A stretch of 64,000 nucleotides of DNA from positions 2,714,265-2,778,264 of the forward strand of contig CM082597.2 in the NCBI GenBank assembly GCA_040954595.2, read 5' to 3'. The notes under the pieces are model-generated. The model was not told the DNA's origin. It saw only the letters and a list, made by a program, of their open reading frames with translations, and made no database searches. Positions 1 through 13,202 of this stretch are shown here, in pieces. Made by a program: the position numbers and the translations under genes. Every line of letters starts with the position of its first letter. Position 1 is the first letter of the stretch. This DNA is from Balanoglossus misakiensis (Eukaryota > Animalia > Hemichordata).

Positions 1-3000
1 GTTGCCGAATTTCGAGATTTTCGGCCGATTTGAACATTTTTCATGGGTTAACCATCATGGTTTTTGTCGAAAAACCGCGAATTTTCGAGTTGCCGAATTT
101 CGAGATTTTCGGCCGATTTGAACATTTTTCATGGGTTAACCATCATGGTTTTTGTCGAAAAACCGCGAATTTTCGAGTTGCCGAATTTCGAGATTTTCGG
201 CCGATTTGAACATTTTTCATGGGTTAACCATCATGGTTTTTGTCGAAAAACCGCGAATTTTCGAGTTGCCGAATTTCGAGATTTTCGGCCGATTTGAACA
301 TTTTTCATGGGTTAACCATCATGGTTTTTGTCGAAAAACCGCGAATTTTCGAGTTGCCGAATTTCGAGATTTTCGGCCGATTTGAACATTTTTCATGGGT
401 TAACCATCATGGTTTTTGTCGAAAAACCGCGAATTTTCGAGTTGCCGAATTTCGAGATTTTCGGCCGATTTGAACATTTTTCATGGGTTAACCATCATGG
501 TTTTTGTCGAAAAACCGCGAATTTTCGAGTTGCCGAATTTCGAGATTTTCGGCCGATTTGAACATTTTTCATGGGTTAACCATCATGGTTTTTGTCGAAA
601 AACCGCGAATTTTCGAGTTGCCGAATTTCGAGATTTTCGGCCGATTTGAACATTTTTCATGGGTTAACCATCATGGTTTTTGTCGAAAAACCGCGAATTT
701 TCGAGTTGCCGAATTTCGAGATTTTCGGCCGATTTGAACATTTTTCATGGGTTAACCATCATGGTTTTTGTCGAAAAACCGCGAATTTTCGAGTTGCCGA
801 ATTTCGAGATTTTCGGCCGATTTGAACATTTTTCATGGGTTAACCATCATGGTTTTTGTCGAAAAACCGCGAATTTTCGAGTTGCCGAATTTCGAGATTT
901 TCGGCCGATTTGAACATTTTTCATGGGTTAACCATCATGGTTTTTGTCGAAAAACCGCGAATTTTCGAGTTGCCGAATTTCGAGATTTTCGGCCGATTTG
1001 AACATTTTTCATGGGTTAACCATCATGGTTTTTGTCGAAAAACCGCGAATTTTCGAGTTGCCGAATTTCGAGATTTTCGGCCGATTTGAACATTTTTCAT
1101 GGGTTAACCATCATGGTTTTTGTCGAAAAACCGCGAATTTTCGAGTTGCCGAATTTCGAGATTTTCGGCCGATTTGAACATTTTTCATGGGTTAACCATC
1201 ATGGTTTTTGTCGAAAAACCGCGAATTTTCGAGTTGCCGAATTTCGAGATTTTCGGCCGATTTGAACATTTTTCATGGGTTAACCATCATGGTTTTTGTC
1301 GAAAAACCGCGAATTTTCGAGTTGCCGAATTTCGAGATTTTCGGCCGATTTGAACATTTTTCATGGGTTAACCATCATGGTTTTTGTCGAAAAACCGCGA
1401 ATTTTCGAGTTGCCGAATTTCGAGATTTTCGGCCGATTTGAACATTTTTCATGGGTTAACCATCATGGTTTTTGTCGAAAAACCGCGAATTTTCGAGTTG
1501 CCGAATTTCGAGATTTTCGGCCGATTTGAACATTTTTCATGGGTTAACCATCATGGTTTTTGTCGAAAAACCGCGAATTTTCGAGTTGCCGAATTTCGAG
1601 ATTTTCGGCCGATTTGAACATTTTTCATGGGTTAACCATCATGGTTTTTGTCGAAAAACCGCGAATTTTCGAGTTGCCGAATTTCGAGATTTTCGGCCGA
1701 TTTGAACATTTTTCATGGGTTAACCATCATGGTTTTTGTCGAAAAACCGCGAATTTTCGAGTTGCCGAATTTCGAGATTTTCGGCCGATTTGAACATTTT
1801 TCATGGGTTAACCATCATGGTTTTTGTCGAAAAACCGCGAATTTTCGAGTTGCCGAATTTCGAGATTTTCGGCCGATTTGAACATTTTTCATGGGTTAAC
1901 CATCATGGTTTTTGTCGAAAAACCGCGAATTTTCGAGTTGCCGAATTTCGAGATTTTCGGCCGATTTGAACATTTTTCATGGGTTAACCATCATGGTTTT
2001 TGTCGAAAAACCGCGAATTTTCGAGTTGCCGAATTTCGAGATTTTCGGCCGATTTGAACATTTTTCATGGGTTAACCATCATGGTTTTTGTCGAAAAACC
2101 GCGAATTTTCGAGTTGCCGAATTTCGAGATTTTCGGCCGATTTGAACATTTTTCATGGGTTAACCATCATGGTTTTTGTCGAAAAACCGCGAATTTTCGA
2201 GTTGCCGAATTTCGAGATTTTCGGCCGATTTGAACATTTTTCATGGGTTAACCATCATGGTTTTTGTCGAAAAACCGCGAATTTTCGAGTTGCCGAATTT
2301 CGAGATTTTCGGCCGATTTGAACATTTTTCATGGGTTAACCATCATGGTTTTTGTCGAAAAACCGCGAATTTTCGAGTTGCCGAATTTCGAGATTTTCGG
2401 CCGATTTGAACATTTTTCATGGGTTAACCATCATGGTTTTTGTCGAAAAACCGCGAATTTTCGAGTTGCCGAATTTCGAGATTTTCGGCCGATTTGAACA
2501 TTTTTCATGGGTTAACCATCATGGTTTTTGTCGAAAAACCGCGAATTTTCGAGTTGCCGAATTTCGAGATTTTCGGCCGATTTGAACATTTTTCATGGGT
2601 TAACCATCATGGTTTTTGTCGAAAAACCGCGAATTTTCGAGTTGCCGAATTTCGAGATTTTCGGCCGATTTGAACATTTTTCATGGGTTAACCATCATGG
2701 TTTTTGTCGAAAAACCGCGAATTTTCGAGTTGCCGAATTTCGAGATTTTCGGCCGATTTGAACATTTTTCATGGGTTAACCATCATGGTTTTTGTCGAAA
2801 AACCGCGAATTTTCGAGTTGCCGAATTTCGAGATTTTCGGCCGTTTTGAACATTTTTCATGGGTTAACCATCATGGTTTTTGTCGAAAAACCGCGAATTT
2901 TCGAGTTGCCGAATTTCGAGATTTTCGGCCGATTTGAACATTTTTCATGGGTTAACCATCATGGTTTTTGTCGAAAAACCGCGAATTTTCGAGTTGCCGA

Positions 3001-6000
3001 ATTTCGAGATTTTCGGCCGATTTGAACATTTTTCATGGGTTAACCATCATGGTTTTTGTCGAAAAACCGCGAATTTTCGAGTTGCCGAATTTCGAGATTT
3101 TCGGCCGATTTGAACATTTTTCATGGGTTAACCATCATGGTTTTTGTCGAAAAACCGCGAATTTTCGAGTTGCCGAATTTCGAGATTTTCGGCCGATTTG
3201 AACATTTTTCATGGGTTAACCATCATGGTTTTTGTCGAAAAACCGCGAATTTTCGAGTTGCCGAATTTCGAGATTTTCGGCCGATTTGAACATTTTTCAT
3301 GGGTTAACCATCATGGTTTTTGTCGAAAAACCGCGAATTTTCGAGTTGCCGAATTTCGAGATTTTCGGCCGATTTGAACATTTTTCATGGGTTAACCATC
3401 ATGGTTTTTGTCGAAAAACCGCGAATTTTCGAGTTGCCGAATTTCGAGATTTTCGGCCGATTTGAACATTTTTCATGGGTTAACCATCATGGTTTTTGTC
3501 GAAAAACCGCGAATTTTCGAGTTGCCGAATTTCGAGATTTTCGGCCGATTTGAACATTTTTCATGGGTTAACCATCATGGTTTTTGTCGAAAAACCGCGA
3601 ATTTTCGAGTTGCCGAATTTCGAGATTTTCGGCCGATTTGAACATTTTTCATGGGTTAACCATCATGGTTTTTGTCGAAAAACCGCGAATTTTCGAGTTG
3701 CCGAATTTCGAGATTTTCGGCCGATTTGAACATTTTTCATGGGTTAACCATCATGGTTTTTGTCGAAAAACCGCGAATTTTCGAGTTGCCGAATTTCGAG
3801 ATTTTCGGCCGATTTGAACATTTTTCATGGGTTAACCATCATGGTTTTTGTCGAAAAACCGCGAATTTTCGAGTTGCCGAATTTCGAGATTTTCGGCCGA
3901 TTTGAACATTTTTCATGGGTTAACCATCATGGTTTTTGTCGAAAAACCGCGAATTTTCGAGTTGCCGAATTTCGAGATTTTCGGCCGATTTGAACATTTT
4001 TCATGGGTTAACCATCATGGTTTTTGTCGAAAAACCGCGAATTTTCGAGTTGCCGAATTTCGAGATTTTCGGCCGATTTGAACATTTTTCATGGGTTAAC
4101 CATCATGGTTTTTGTCGAAAAACCGCGAATTTTCGAGTTGCCGAATTTCGAGATTTTCGGCCGATTTGAACATTTTTCATGGGTTAACCATCATGGTTTT
4201 TGTCGAAAAACCGCGAATTTTCGAGTTGCCGAATTTCGAGATTTTCGGCCGATTTGAACATTTTTCATGGGTTAACCATCATGGTTTTTGTCGAAAAACC
4301 GCGAATTTTCGAGTTGCCGAATTTCGAGATTTTCGGCCGATTTGAACATTTTTCATGGGTTAACCATCATGGTTTTTGTCGAAAAACCGCGAATTTTCGA
4401 GTTGCCGAATTTCGAGATTTTCGGCCGATTTGAACATTTTTCATGGGTTAACCATCATGGTTTTTGTCGAAAAACCGCGAATTTTCGAGTTGCCGAATTT
4501 CGAGATTTTCGGCCGATTTGAACATTTTTCATGGGTTAACCATCATGGTTTTTGTCGAAAAACCGCGAATTTTCGAGTTGCCGAATTTCGAGATTTTCGG
4601 CCGATTTGAACATTTTTCATGGGTTAACCATCATGGTTTTTGTCGAAAAACCGCGAATTTTCGAGTTGCCGAATTTCGAGATTTTCGGCCGATTTGAACA
4701 TTTTTCATGGGTTAACCATCATGGTTTTTGTCGAAAAACCGCGAATTTTCGAGTTGCCGAATTTCGAGATTTTCGGCCGATTTGAACATTTTTCATGGGT
4801 TAACCATCATGGTTTTTGTCGAAAAACCGCGAATTTTCGAGTTGCCGAATTTCGAGATTTTCGGCCGATTTGAACATTTTTCATGGGTTAACCATCATGG
4901 TTTTTGTCGAAAAACCGCGAATTTTCGAGTTGCCGAATTTCGAGATTTTCGGCCGATTTGAACATTTTTCATGGGTTAACCATCATGGTTTTTGTCGAAA
5001 AACCGCGAATTTTCGAGTTGCCGAATTTCGAGATTTTCGGCCGATTTGAACATTTTTCATGGGTTAACCATCATGGTTTTTGTCGAAAAACCGCGAATTT
5101 TCGAGTTGCCGAATTTCGAGATTTTCGGCCGATTTGAACATTTTTCATGGGTTAACCATCATGGTTTTTGTCGAAAAACCGCGAATTTTCGAGTTGCCGA
5201 ATTTCGAGATTTTCGGCCGATTTGAACATTTTTCATGGGTTAACCATCATGGTTTTTGTCGAAAAACCGCGAATTTTCGAGTTGCCGAATTTCGAGATTT
5301 TCGGCCGATTTGAACATTTTTCATGGGTTAACCATCATGGTTTTTGTCGAAAAACCGCGAATTTTCGAGTTGCCGAATTTCGAGATTTTCGGCCGATTTG
5401 AACATTTTTCATGGGTTAACCATCATGGTTTTTGTCGAAAAACCGCGAATTTTCGAGTTGCCGAATTTCGAGATTTTCGGCCGATTTGAACATTTTTCAT
5501 GGGTTAACCATCATGGTTTTTGTCGAAAAACCGCGAATTTTCGAGTTGCCGAATTTCGAGATTTTCGGCCGATTTGAACATTTTTCATGGGTTAACCATC
5601 ATGGTTTTTGTCGAAAAACCGCGAATTTTCGAGTTGCCGAATTTCGAGATTTTCGGCCGATTTGAACATTTTTCATGGGTTAACCATCATGGTTTTTGTC
5701 GAAAAACCGCGAATTTTCGAGTTGCCGAATTTCGAGATTTTCGGCCGATTTGAACATTTTTCATGGGTTAACCATCATGGTTTTTGTCGAAAAACCGCGA
5801 ATTTTCGAGTTGCCGAATTTCGAGATTTTCGGCCGATTTGAACATTTTTCATGGGTTAACCATCATGGTTTTTGTCGAAAAACCGCGAATTTTCGAGTTG
5901 CCGAATTTCGAGATTTTCGGCCGATTTGAACATTTTTCATGGGTTAACCATCATGGTTTTTGTCGAAAAACCGCGAATTTTCGAGTTGCCGAATTTCGAG

Positions 6001-9000
6001 ATTTTCGGCCGATTTGAACATTTTTCATGGGTTAACCATCATGGTTTTTGTCGAAAAACCGCGAATTTTCGAGTTGCCGAATTTCGAGATTTTCGGCCGA
6101 TTTGAACATTTTTCATGGGTTAACCATCATGGTTTTTGTCGAAAAACCGCGAATTTTCGAGTTGCCGAATTTCGAGATTTTCGGCCGATTTGAACATTTT
6201 TCATGGGTTAACCATCATGGTTTTTGTCGAAAAACCGCGAATTTTCGAGTTGCCGAATTTCGAGATTTTCGGCCGATTTGAACATTTTTCATGGGTTAAC
6301 CATCATGGTTTTTGTCGAAAAACCGCGAATTTTCGAGTTGCCGAATTTCGAGATTTTCGGCCGATTTGAACATTTTTCATGGGTTAACCATCATGGTTTT
6401 TGTCGAAAAACCGCGAATTTTCGAGTTGCCGAATTTCGAGATTTTCGGCCGATTTGAACATTTTTCATGGGTTAACCATCATGGTTTTTGTCGAAAAACC
6501 GCGAATTTTCGAGTTGCCGAATTTCGAGATTTTCGGCCGATTTGAACATTTTTCATGGGTTAACCATCATGGTTTTTGTCGAAAAACCGCGAATTTTCGA
6601 GTTGCCGAATTTCGAGATTTTCGGCCGATTTGAACATTTTTCATGGGTTAACCATCATGGTTTTTGTCGAAAAACCGCGAATTTTCGAGTTGCCGAATTT
6701 CGAGATTTTCGGCCGATTTGAACATTTTTCATGGGTTAACCATCATGGTTTTTGTCGAAAAACCGCGAATTTTCGAGTTGCCGAATTTCGAGATTTTCGG
6801 CCGATTTGAACATTTTTCATGGGTTAACCATCATGGTTTTTGTCGAAAAACCGCGAATTTTCGAGTTGCCGAATTTCGAGATTTTCGGCCGATTTGAACA
6901 TTTTTCATGGGTTAACCATCATGGTTTTTGTCGAAAAACCGCGAATTTTCGAGTTGCCGAATTTCGAGATTTTCGGCCGATTTGAACATTTTTCATGGGT
7001 TAACCATCATGGTTTTTGTCGAAAAACCGCGAATTTTCGAGTTGCCGAATTTCGAGATTTTCGGCCGATTTGAACATTTTTCATGGGTTAACCATCATGG
7101 TTTTTGTCGAAAAACCGCGAATTTTCGAGTTGCCGAATTTCGAGATTTTCGGCCGATTTGAACATTTTTCATGGGTTAACCATCATGGTTTTTGTCGAAA
7201 AACCGCGAATTTTCGAGTTGCCGAATTTCGAGATTTTCGGCCGATTTGAACATTTTTCATGGGTTAACCATCATGGTTTTTGTCGAAAAACCGCGAATTT
7301 TCGAGTTGCCGAATTTCGAGATTTTCGGCCGATTTGAACATTTTTCATGGGTTAACCATCATGGTTTTTGTCGAAAAACCGCGAATTTTCGAGTTGCCGA
7401 ATTTCGAGATTTTCGGCCGATTTGAACATTTTTCATGGGTTAACCATCATGGTTTTTGTCGAAAAACCGCGAATTTTCGAGTTGCCGAATTTCGAGATTT
7501 TCGGCCGATTTGAACATTTTTCATGGGTTAACCATCATGGTTTTTGTCGAAAAACCGCGAATTTTCGAGTTGCCGAATTTCGAGATTTTCGGCCGATTTG
7601 AACATTTTTCATGGGTTAACCATCATGGTTTTTGTCGAAAAACCGCGAATTTTCGAGTTGCCGAATTTCGAGATTTTCGGCCGATTTGAACATTTTTCAT
7701 GGGTTAACCATCATGGTTTTTGTCGAAAAACCGCGAATTTTCGAGTTGCCGAATTTCGAGATTTTCGGCCGATTTGAACATTTTTCATGGGTTAACCATC
7801 ATGGTTTTTGTCGAAAAACCGCGAATTTTCGAGTTGCCGAATTTCGAGATTTTCGGCCGATTTGAACATTTTTCATGGGTTAACCATCATGGTTTTTGTC
7901 GAAAAACCGCGAATTTTCGAGTTGCCGAATTTCGAGATTTTCGGCCGATTTGAACATTTTTCATGGGTTAACCATCATGGTTTTTGTCGAAAAACCGCGA
8001 ATTTTCGAGTTGCCGAATTTCGAGATTTTCGGCCGATTTGAACATTTTTCATGGGTTAACCATCATGGTTTTTGTCGAAAAACCGCGAATTTTCGAGTTG
8101 CCGAATTTCGAGATTTTCGGCCGATTTGAACATTTTTCATGGGTTAACCATCATGGTTTTTGTCGAAAAACCGCGAATTTTCGAGTTGCCGAATTTCGAG
8201 ATTTTCGGCCGATTTGAACATTTTTCATGGGTTAACCATCATGGTTTTTGTCGAAAAACCGCGAATTTTCGAGTTGCCGAATTTCGAGATTTTCGGCCGA
8301 TTTGAACATTTTTCATGGGTTAACCATCATGGTTTTTGTCGAAAAACCGCGAATTTTCGAGTTGCCGAATTTCGAGATTTTCGGCCGATTTGAACATTTT
8401 TCATGGGTTAACCATCATGGTTTTTGTCGAAAAACCGCGAATTTTCGAGTTGCCGAATTTCGAGATTTTCGGCCGATTTGAACATTTTTCATGGGTTAAC
8501 CATCATGGTTTTTGTCGAAAAACCGCGAATTTTCGAGTTGCCGAATTTCGAGATTTTCGGCCGATTTGAACATTTTTCATGGGTTAACCATCATGGTTTT
8601 TGTCGAAAAACCGCGAATTTTCGAGTTGCCGAATTTCGAGATTTTCGGCCGATTTGAACATTTTTCATGGGTTAACCATCATGGTTTTTGTCGAAAAACC
8701 GCGAATTTTCGAGTTGCCGAATTTCGAGATTTTCGGCCGATTTGAACATTTTTCATGGGTTAACCATCATGGTTTTTGTCGAAAAACCGCGAATTTTCGA
8801 GTTGCCGAATTTCGAGATTTTCGGCCGATTTGAACATTTTTCATGGGTTAACCATCATGGTTTTTGTCGAAAAACCGCGAATTTTCGAGTTGCCGAATTT
8901 CGAGATTTTCGGCCGATTTGAACATTTTTCATGGGTTAACCATCATGGTTTTTGTCGAAAAACCGCGAATTTTCGAGTTGCCGAATTTCGAGATTTTCGG

Positions 9001-12000
9001 CCGATTTGAACATTTTTCATGGGTTAACCATCATGGTTTTTGTCGAAAAACCGCGAATTTTCGAGTTGCCGAATTTCGAGATTTTCGGCCGATTTGAACA
9101 TTTTTCATGGGTTAACCATCATGGTTTTTGTCGAAAAACCGCGAATTTTCGAGTTGCCGAATTTCGAGATTTTCGGCCGATTTGAACATTTTTCATGGGT
9201 TAACCATCATGGTTTTTGTCGAAAAACCGCGAATTTTCGAGTTGCCGAATTTCGAGATTTTCGGCCGATTTGAACATTTTTCATGGGTTAACCATCATGG
9301 TTTTTGTCGAAAAACCGCGAATTTTCGAGTTGCCGAATTTCGAGATTTTCGGCCGATTTGAACATTTTTCATGGGTTAACCATCATGGTTTTTGTCGAAA
9401 AACCGCGAATTTTCGAGTTGCCGAATTTCGAGATTTTCGGCCGATTTGAACATTTTTCATGGGTTAACCATCATGGTTTTTGTCGAAAAACCGCGAATTT
9501 TCGAGTTGCCGAATTTCGAGATTTTCGGCCGATTTGAACATTTTTCATGGGTTAACCATCATGGTTTTTGTCGAAAAACCGCGAATTTTCGAGTTGCCGA
9601 ATTTCGAGATTTTCGGCCGATTTGAACATTTTTCATGGGTTAACCATCATGGTTTTTGTCGAAAAACCGCGAATTTTCGAGTTGCCGAATTTCGAGATTT
9701 TCGGCCGATTTGAACATTTTTCATGGGTTAACCATCATGGTTTTTGTCGAAAAACCGCGAATTTTCGAGTTGCCGAATTTCGAGATTTTCGGCCGATTTG
9801 AACATTTTTCATGGGTTAACCATCATGGTTTTTGTCGAAAAACCGCGAATTTTCGAGTTGCCGAATTTCGAGATTTTCGGCCGATTTGAACATTTTTCAT
9901 GGGTTAACCATCATGGTTTTTGTCGAAAAACCGCGAATTTTCGAGTTGCCGAATTTCGAGATTTTCGGCCGATTTGAACATTTTTCATGGGTTAACCATC
10001 ATGGTTTTTGTCGAAAAACCGCGAATTTTCGAGTTGCCGAATTTCGAGATTTTCGGCCGATTTGAACATTTTTCATGGGTTAACCATCATGGTTTTTGTC
10101 GAAAAACCGCGAATTTTCGAGTTGCCGAATTTCGAGATTTTCGGCCGATTTGAACATTTTTCATGGGTTAACCATCATGGTTTTTGTCGAAAAACCGCGA
10201 ATTTTCGAGTTGCCGAATTTCGAGATTTTCGGCCGATTTGAACATTTTTCATGGGTTAACCATCATGGTTTTTGTCGAAAAACCGCGAATTTTCGAGTTG
10301 CCGAATTTCGAGATTTTCGGCCGATTTGAACATTTTTCATGGGTTAACCATCATGGTTTTTGTCGAAAAACCGCGAATTTTCGAGTTGCCGAATTTCGAG
10401 ATTTTCGGCCGATTTGAACATTTTTCATGGGTTAACCATCATGGTTTTTGTCGAAAAACCGCGAATTTTCGAGTTGCCGAATTTCGAGATTTTCGGCCGA
10501 TTTGAACATTTTTCATGGGTTAACCATCATGGTTTTTGTCGAAAAACCGCGAATTTTCGAGTTGCCGAATTTCGAGATTTTCGGCCGATTTGAACATTTT
10601 TCATGGGTTAACCATCATGGTTTTTGTCGAAAAACCGCGAATTTTCGAGTTGCCGAATTTCGAGATTTTCGGCCGATTTGAACATTTTTCATGGGTTAAC
10701 CATCATGGTTTTTGTCGAAAAACCGCGAATTTTCGAGTTGCCGAATTTCGAGATTTTCGGCCGATTTGAACATTTTTCATGGGTTAACCATCATGGTTTT
10801 TGTCGAAAAACCGCGAATTTTCGAGTTGCCGAATTTCGAGATTTTCGGCCGATTTGAACATTTTTCATGGGTTAACCATCATGGTTTTTGTCGAAAAACC
10901 GCGAATTTTCGAGTTGCCGAATTTCGAGATTTTCGGCCGATTTGAACATTTTTCATGGGTTAACCATCATGGTTTTTGTCGAAAAACCGCGAATTTTCGA
11001 GTTGCCGAATTTCGAGATTTTCGGCCGATTTGAACATTTTTCATGGGTTAACCATCATGGTTTTTGTCGAAAAACCGCGAATTTTCGAGTTGCCGAATTT
11101 CGAGATTTTCGGCCGATTTGAACATTTTTCATGGGTTAACCATCATGGTTTTTGTCGAAAAACCGCGAATTTTCGAGTTGCCGAATTTCGAGATTTTCGG
11201 CCGATTTGAACATTTTTCATGGGTTAACCATCATGGTTTTTGTCGAAAAACCGCGAATTTTCGAGTTGCCGAATTTCGAGATTTTCGGCCGATTTGAACA
11301 TTTTTCATGGGTTAACCATCATGGTTTTTGTCGAAAAACCGCGAATTTTCGAGTTGCCGAATTTCGAGATTTTCGGCCGATTTGAACATTTTTCATGGGT
11401 TAACCATCATGGTTTTTGTCGAAAAACCGCGAATTTTCGAGTTGCCGAATTTCGAGATTTTCGGCCGATTTGAACATTTTTCATGGGTTAACCATCATGG
11501 TTTTTGTCGAAAAACCGCGAATTTTCGAGTTGCCGAATTTCGAGATTTTCGGCCGATTTGAACATTTTTCATGGGTTAACCATCATGGTTTTTGTCGAAA
11601 AACCGCGAATTTTCGAGTTGCCGAATTTCGAGATTTTCGGCCGATTTGAACATTTTTCATGGGTTAACCATCATGGTTTTTGTCGAAAAACCGCGAATTT
11701 TCGAGTTGCCGAATTTCGAGATTTTCGGCCGATTTGAACATTTTTCATGGGTTAACCATCATGGTTTTTGTCGAAAAACCGCGAATTTTCGAGTTGCCGA
11801 ATTTCGAGATTTTCGGCCGATTTGAACATTTTTCATGGGTTAACCATCATGGTTTTTGTCGAAAAACCGCGAATTTTCGAGTTGCCGAATTTCGAGATTT
11901 TCGGCCGATTTGAACATTTTTCATGGGTTAACCATCATGGTTTTTGTCGAAAAACCGCGAATTTTCGAGTTGCCGAATTTCGAGATTTTCGGCCGATTTG

Positions 12001-12847
12001 AACATTTTTCATGGGTTAACCATCATGGTTTTTGTCGAAAAACCGCGAATTTTCGAGTTGCCGAATTTCGAGATTTTCGGCCGATTTGAACATTTTTCAT
12101 GGGTTAACCATCATGGTTTTTGTCGAAAAACCGCGAATTTTCGAGTTGCCGAATTTCGAGATTTTCGGCCGATTTGAACATTTTTCATGGGTTAACCATC
12201 ATGGTTTTTGTCGAAAAACCGCGAATTTTCGAGTTGCCGAATTTCGAGATTTTCGGCCGATTTGAACATTTTTCATGGGTTAACCATCATGGTTTTTGTC
12301 GAAAAACCGCGAATTTTCGAGTTGCCGAATTTCGAGATTTTCGGCCGATTTGAACATTTTTCATGGGTTAACCATCATGGTTTTTGTCGAAAAACCGCGA
12401 ATTTTCGAGTTGCCGAATTTCGAGATTTTCGGCCGATTTGAACATTTTTCATGGGTTAACCATCATGGTTTTTGTCGAAAAACCGCGAATTTTCGAGTTG
12501 CCGAATTTCGAGATTTTCGGCCGATTTGAACATTTTTCATGGGTTAACCATCATGGTTTTTGTCGAAAAACCGCGAATTTTCGAGTTGCCGAATTTCGAG
12601 ATTTTCGGCCGATTTGAACATTTTTCATGGGTTAACCATCATGGTTTTTGTCGAAAAACCGCGAATTTTCGAGTTGCCGAATTTCGAGATTTTCGGCCGA
12701 TTTGAATATTTTTCATGGGTTAACCATCATGGTTTTTGTCGAAAAACCGCGAATTTTCGAGTTGCCGAATTTCGAGATTTTCGGCCGATTTGAACATTTT
12801 TCATGGGTTAACCATCATGGTTTTTGTCGAAAAACCGCGAATTTTCG
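1..12847 (+). repeat. 88-bp tandem satellite array, about 146 units, runs off the window start
   Basis: Unit GTTGCCGAATTTCGAGATTTTCGGCCGATTTGAACATTTTTCATGGGTTAACCATCATGGTTTTTGTCGAAAAACCGCGAATTTTCGA. ORF-track starts recur exactly every 88 nt, so there are no indels. The only variants seen are A>T at 2844 and C>T at 12707. Confidence 0.99.
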
Positions 12848-13202
12848 CCCATGAAAAATGTTCAAAAATGCCCAAAATATGAAAATTCGGCAAGTCGAAA
12901 ATTTGTCATTTTTTGAAAAAAATCATGATGGTTAACCCATGAAAAATGTTCAAAAATGCCCAAAATATGAAAATTCGGCAAGTCGAAAAATTGTCATTTT
13001 TTGAAAAAAAGCATGATGTATAACCCACGAAAAATGTTCAAAAATGCAAAAAAAATCGATATTCGGCAAATCGAAAATTTATCATTTTTTGAAAAAAAGC
13101 ATGATGTATAACCCGTGAAAAATGTTCAAAAATGCCTAAAATATCAAAATTCCGTAAGTCGGAATTTTGTCATTTTTTGAAAAAAGTCATGATGTATAAC
13201 CC
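12848..13202 (-). repeat. Four inverted, diverged copies of the 88-bp satellite
   Basis: CCCATGAAAAATGTTCAAA-like starts at 12848, 12936, 13024 and 13112 (88-bp period). The first copy aligns ungapped to the reverse complement of the main unit with 15/88 mismatches. Confidence 0.95.

Noticed and set aside
1-12847. CRISPR array or telomeric repeat interpretation
   Set aside because: There are no unique spacers and no cas genes, the context is eukaryotic, and the unit is not a short G-rich telomerase repeat.
64-12854. About 144 near-identical 77-aa ORFs (MSKNREFSS...)
   Set aside because: They are a by-product of an 88-bp period (not a multiple of 3) with one stop per three units. They start at a non-ATG codon, overlap each other and resemble no protein family I recognise.
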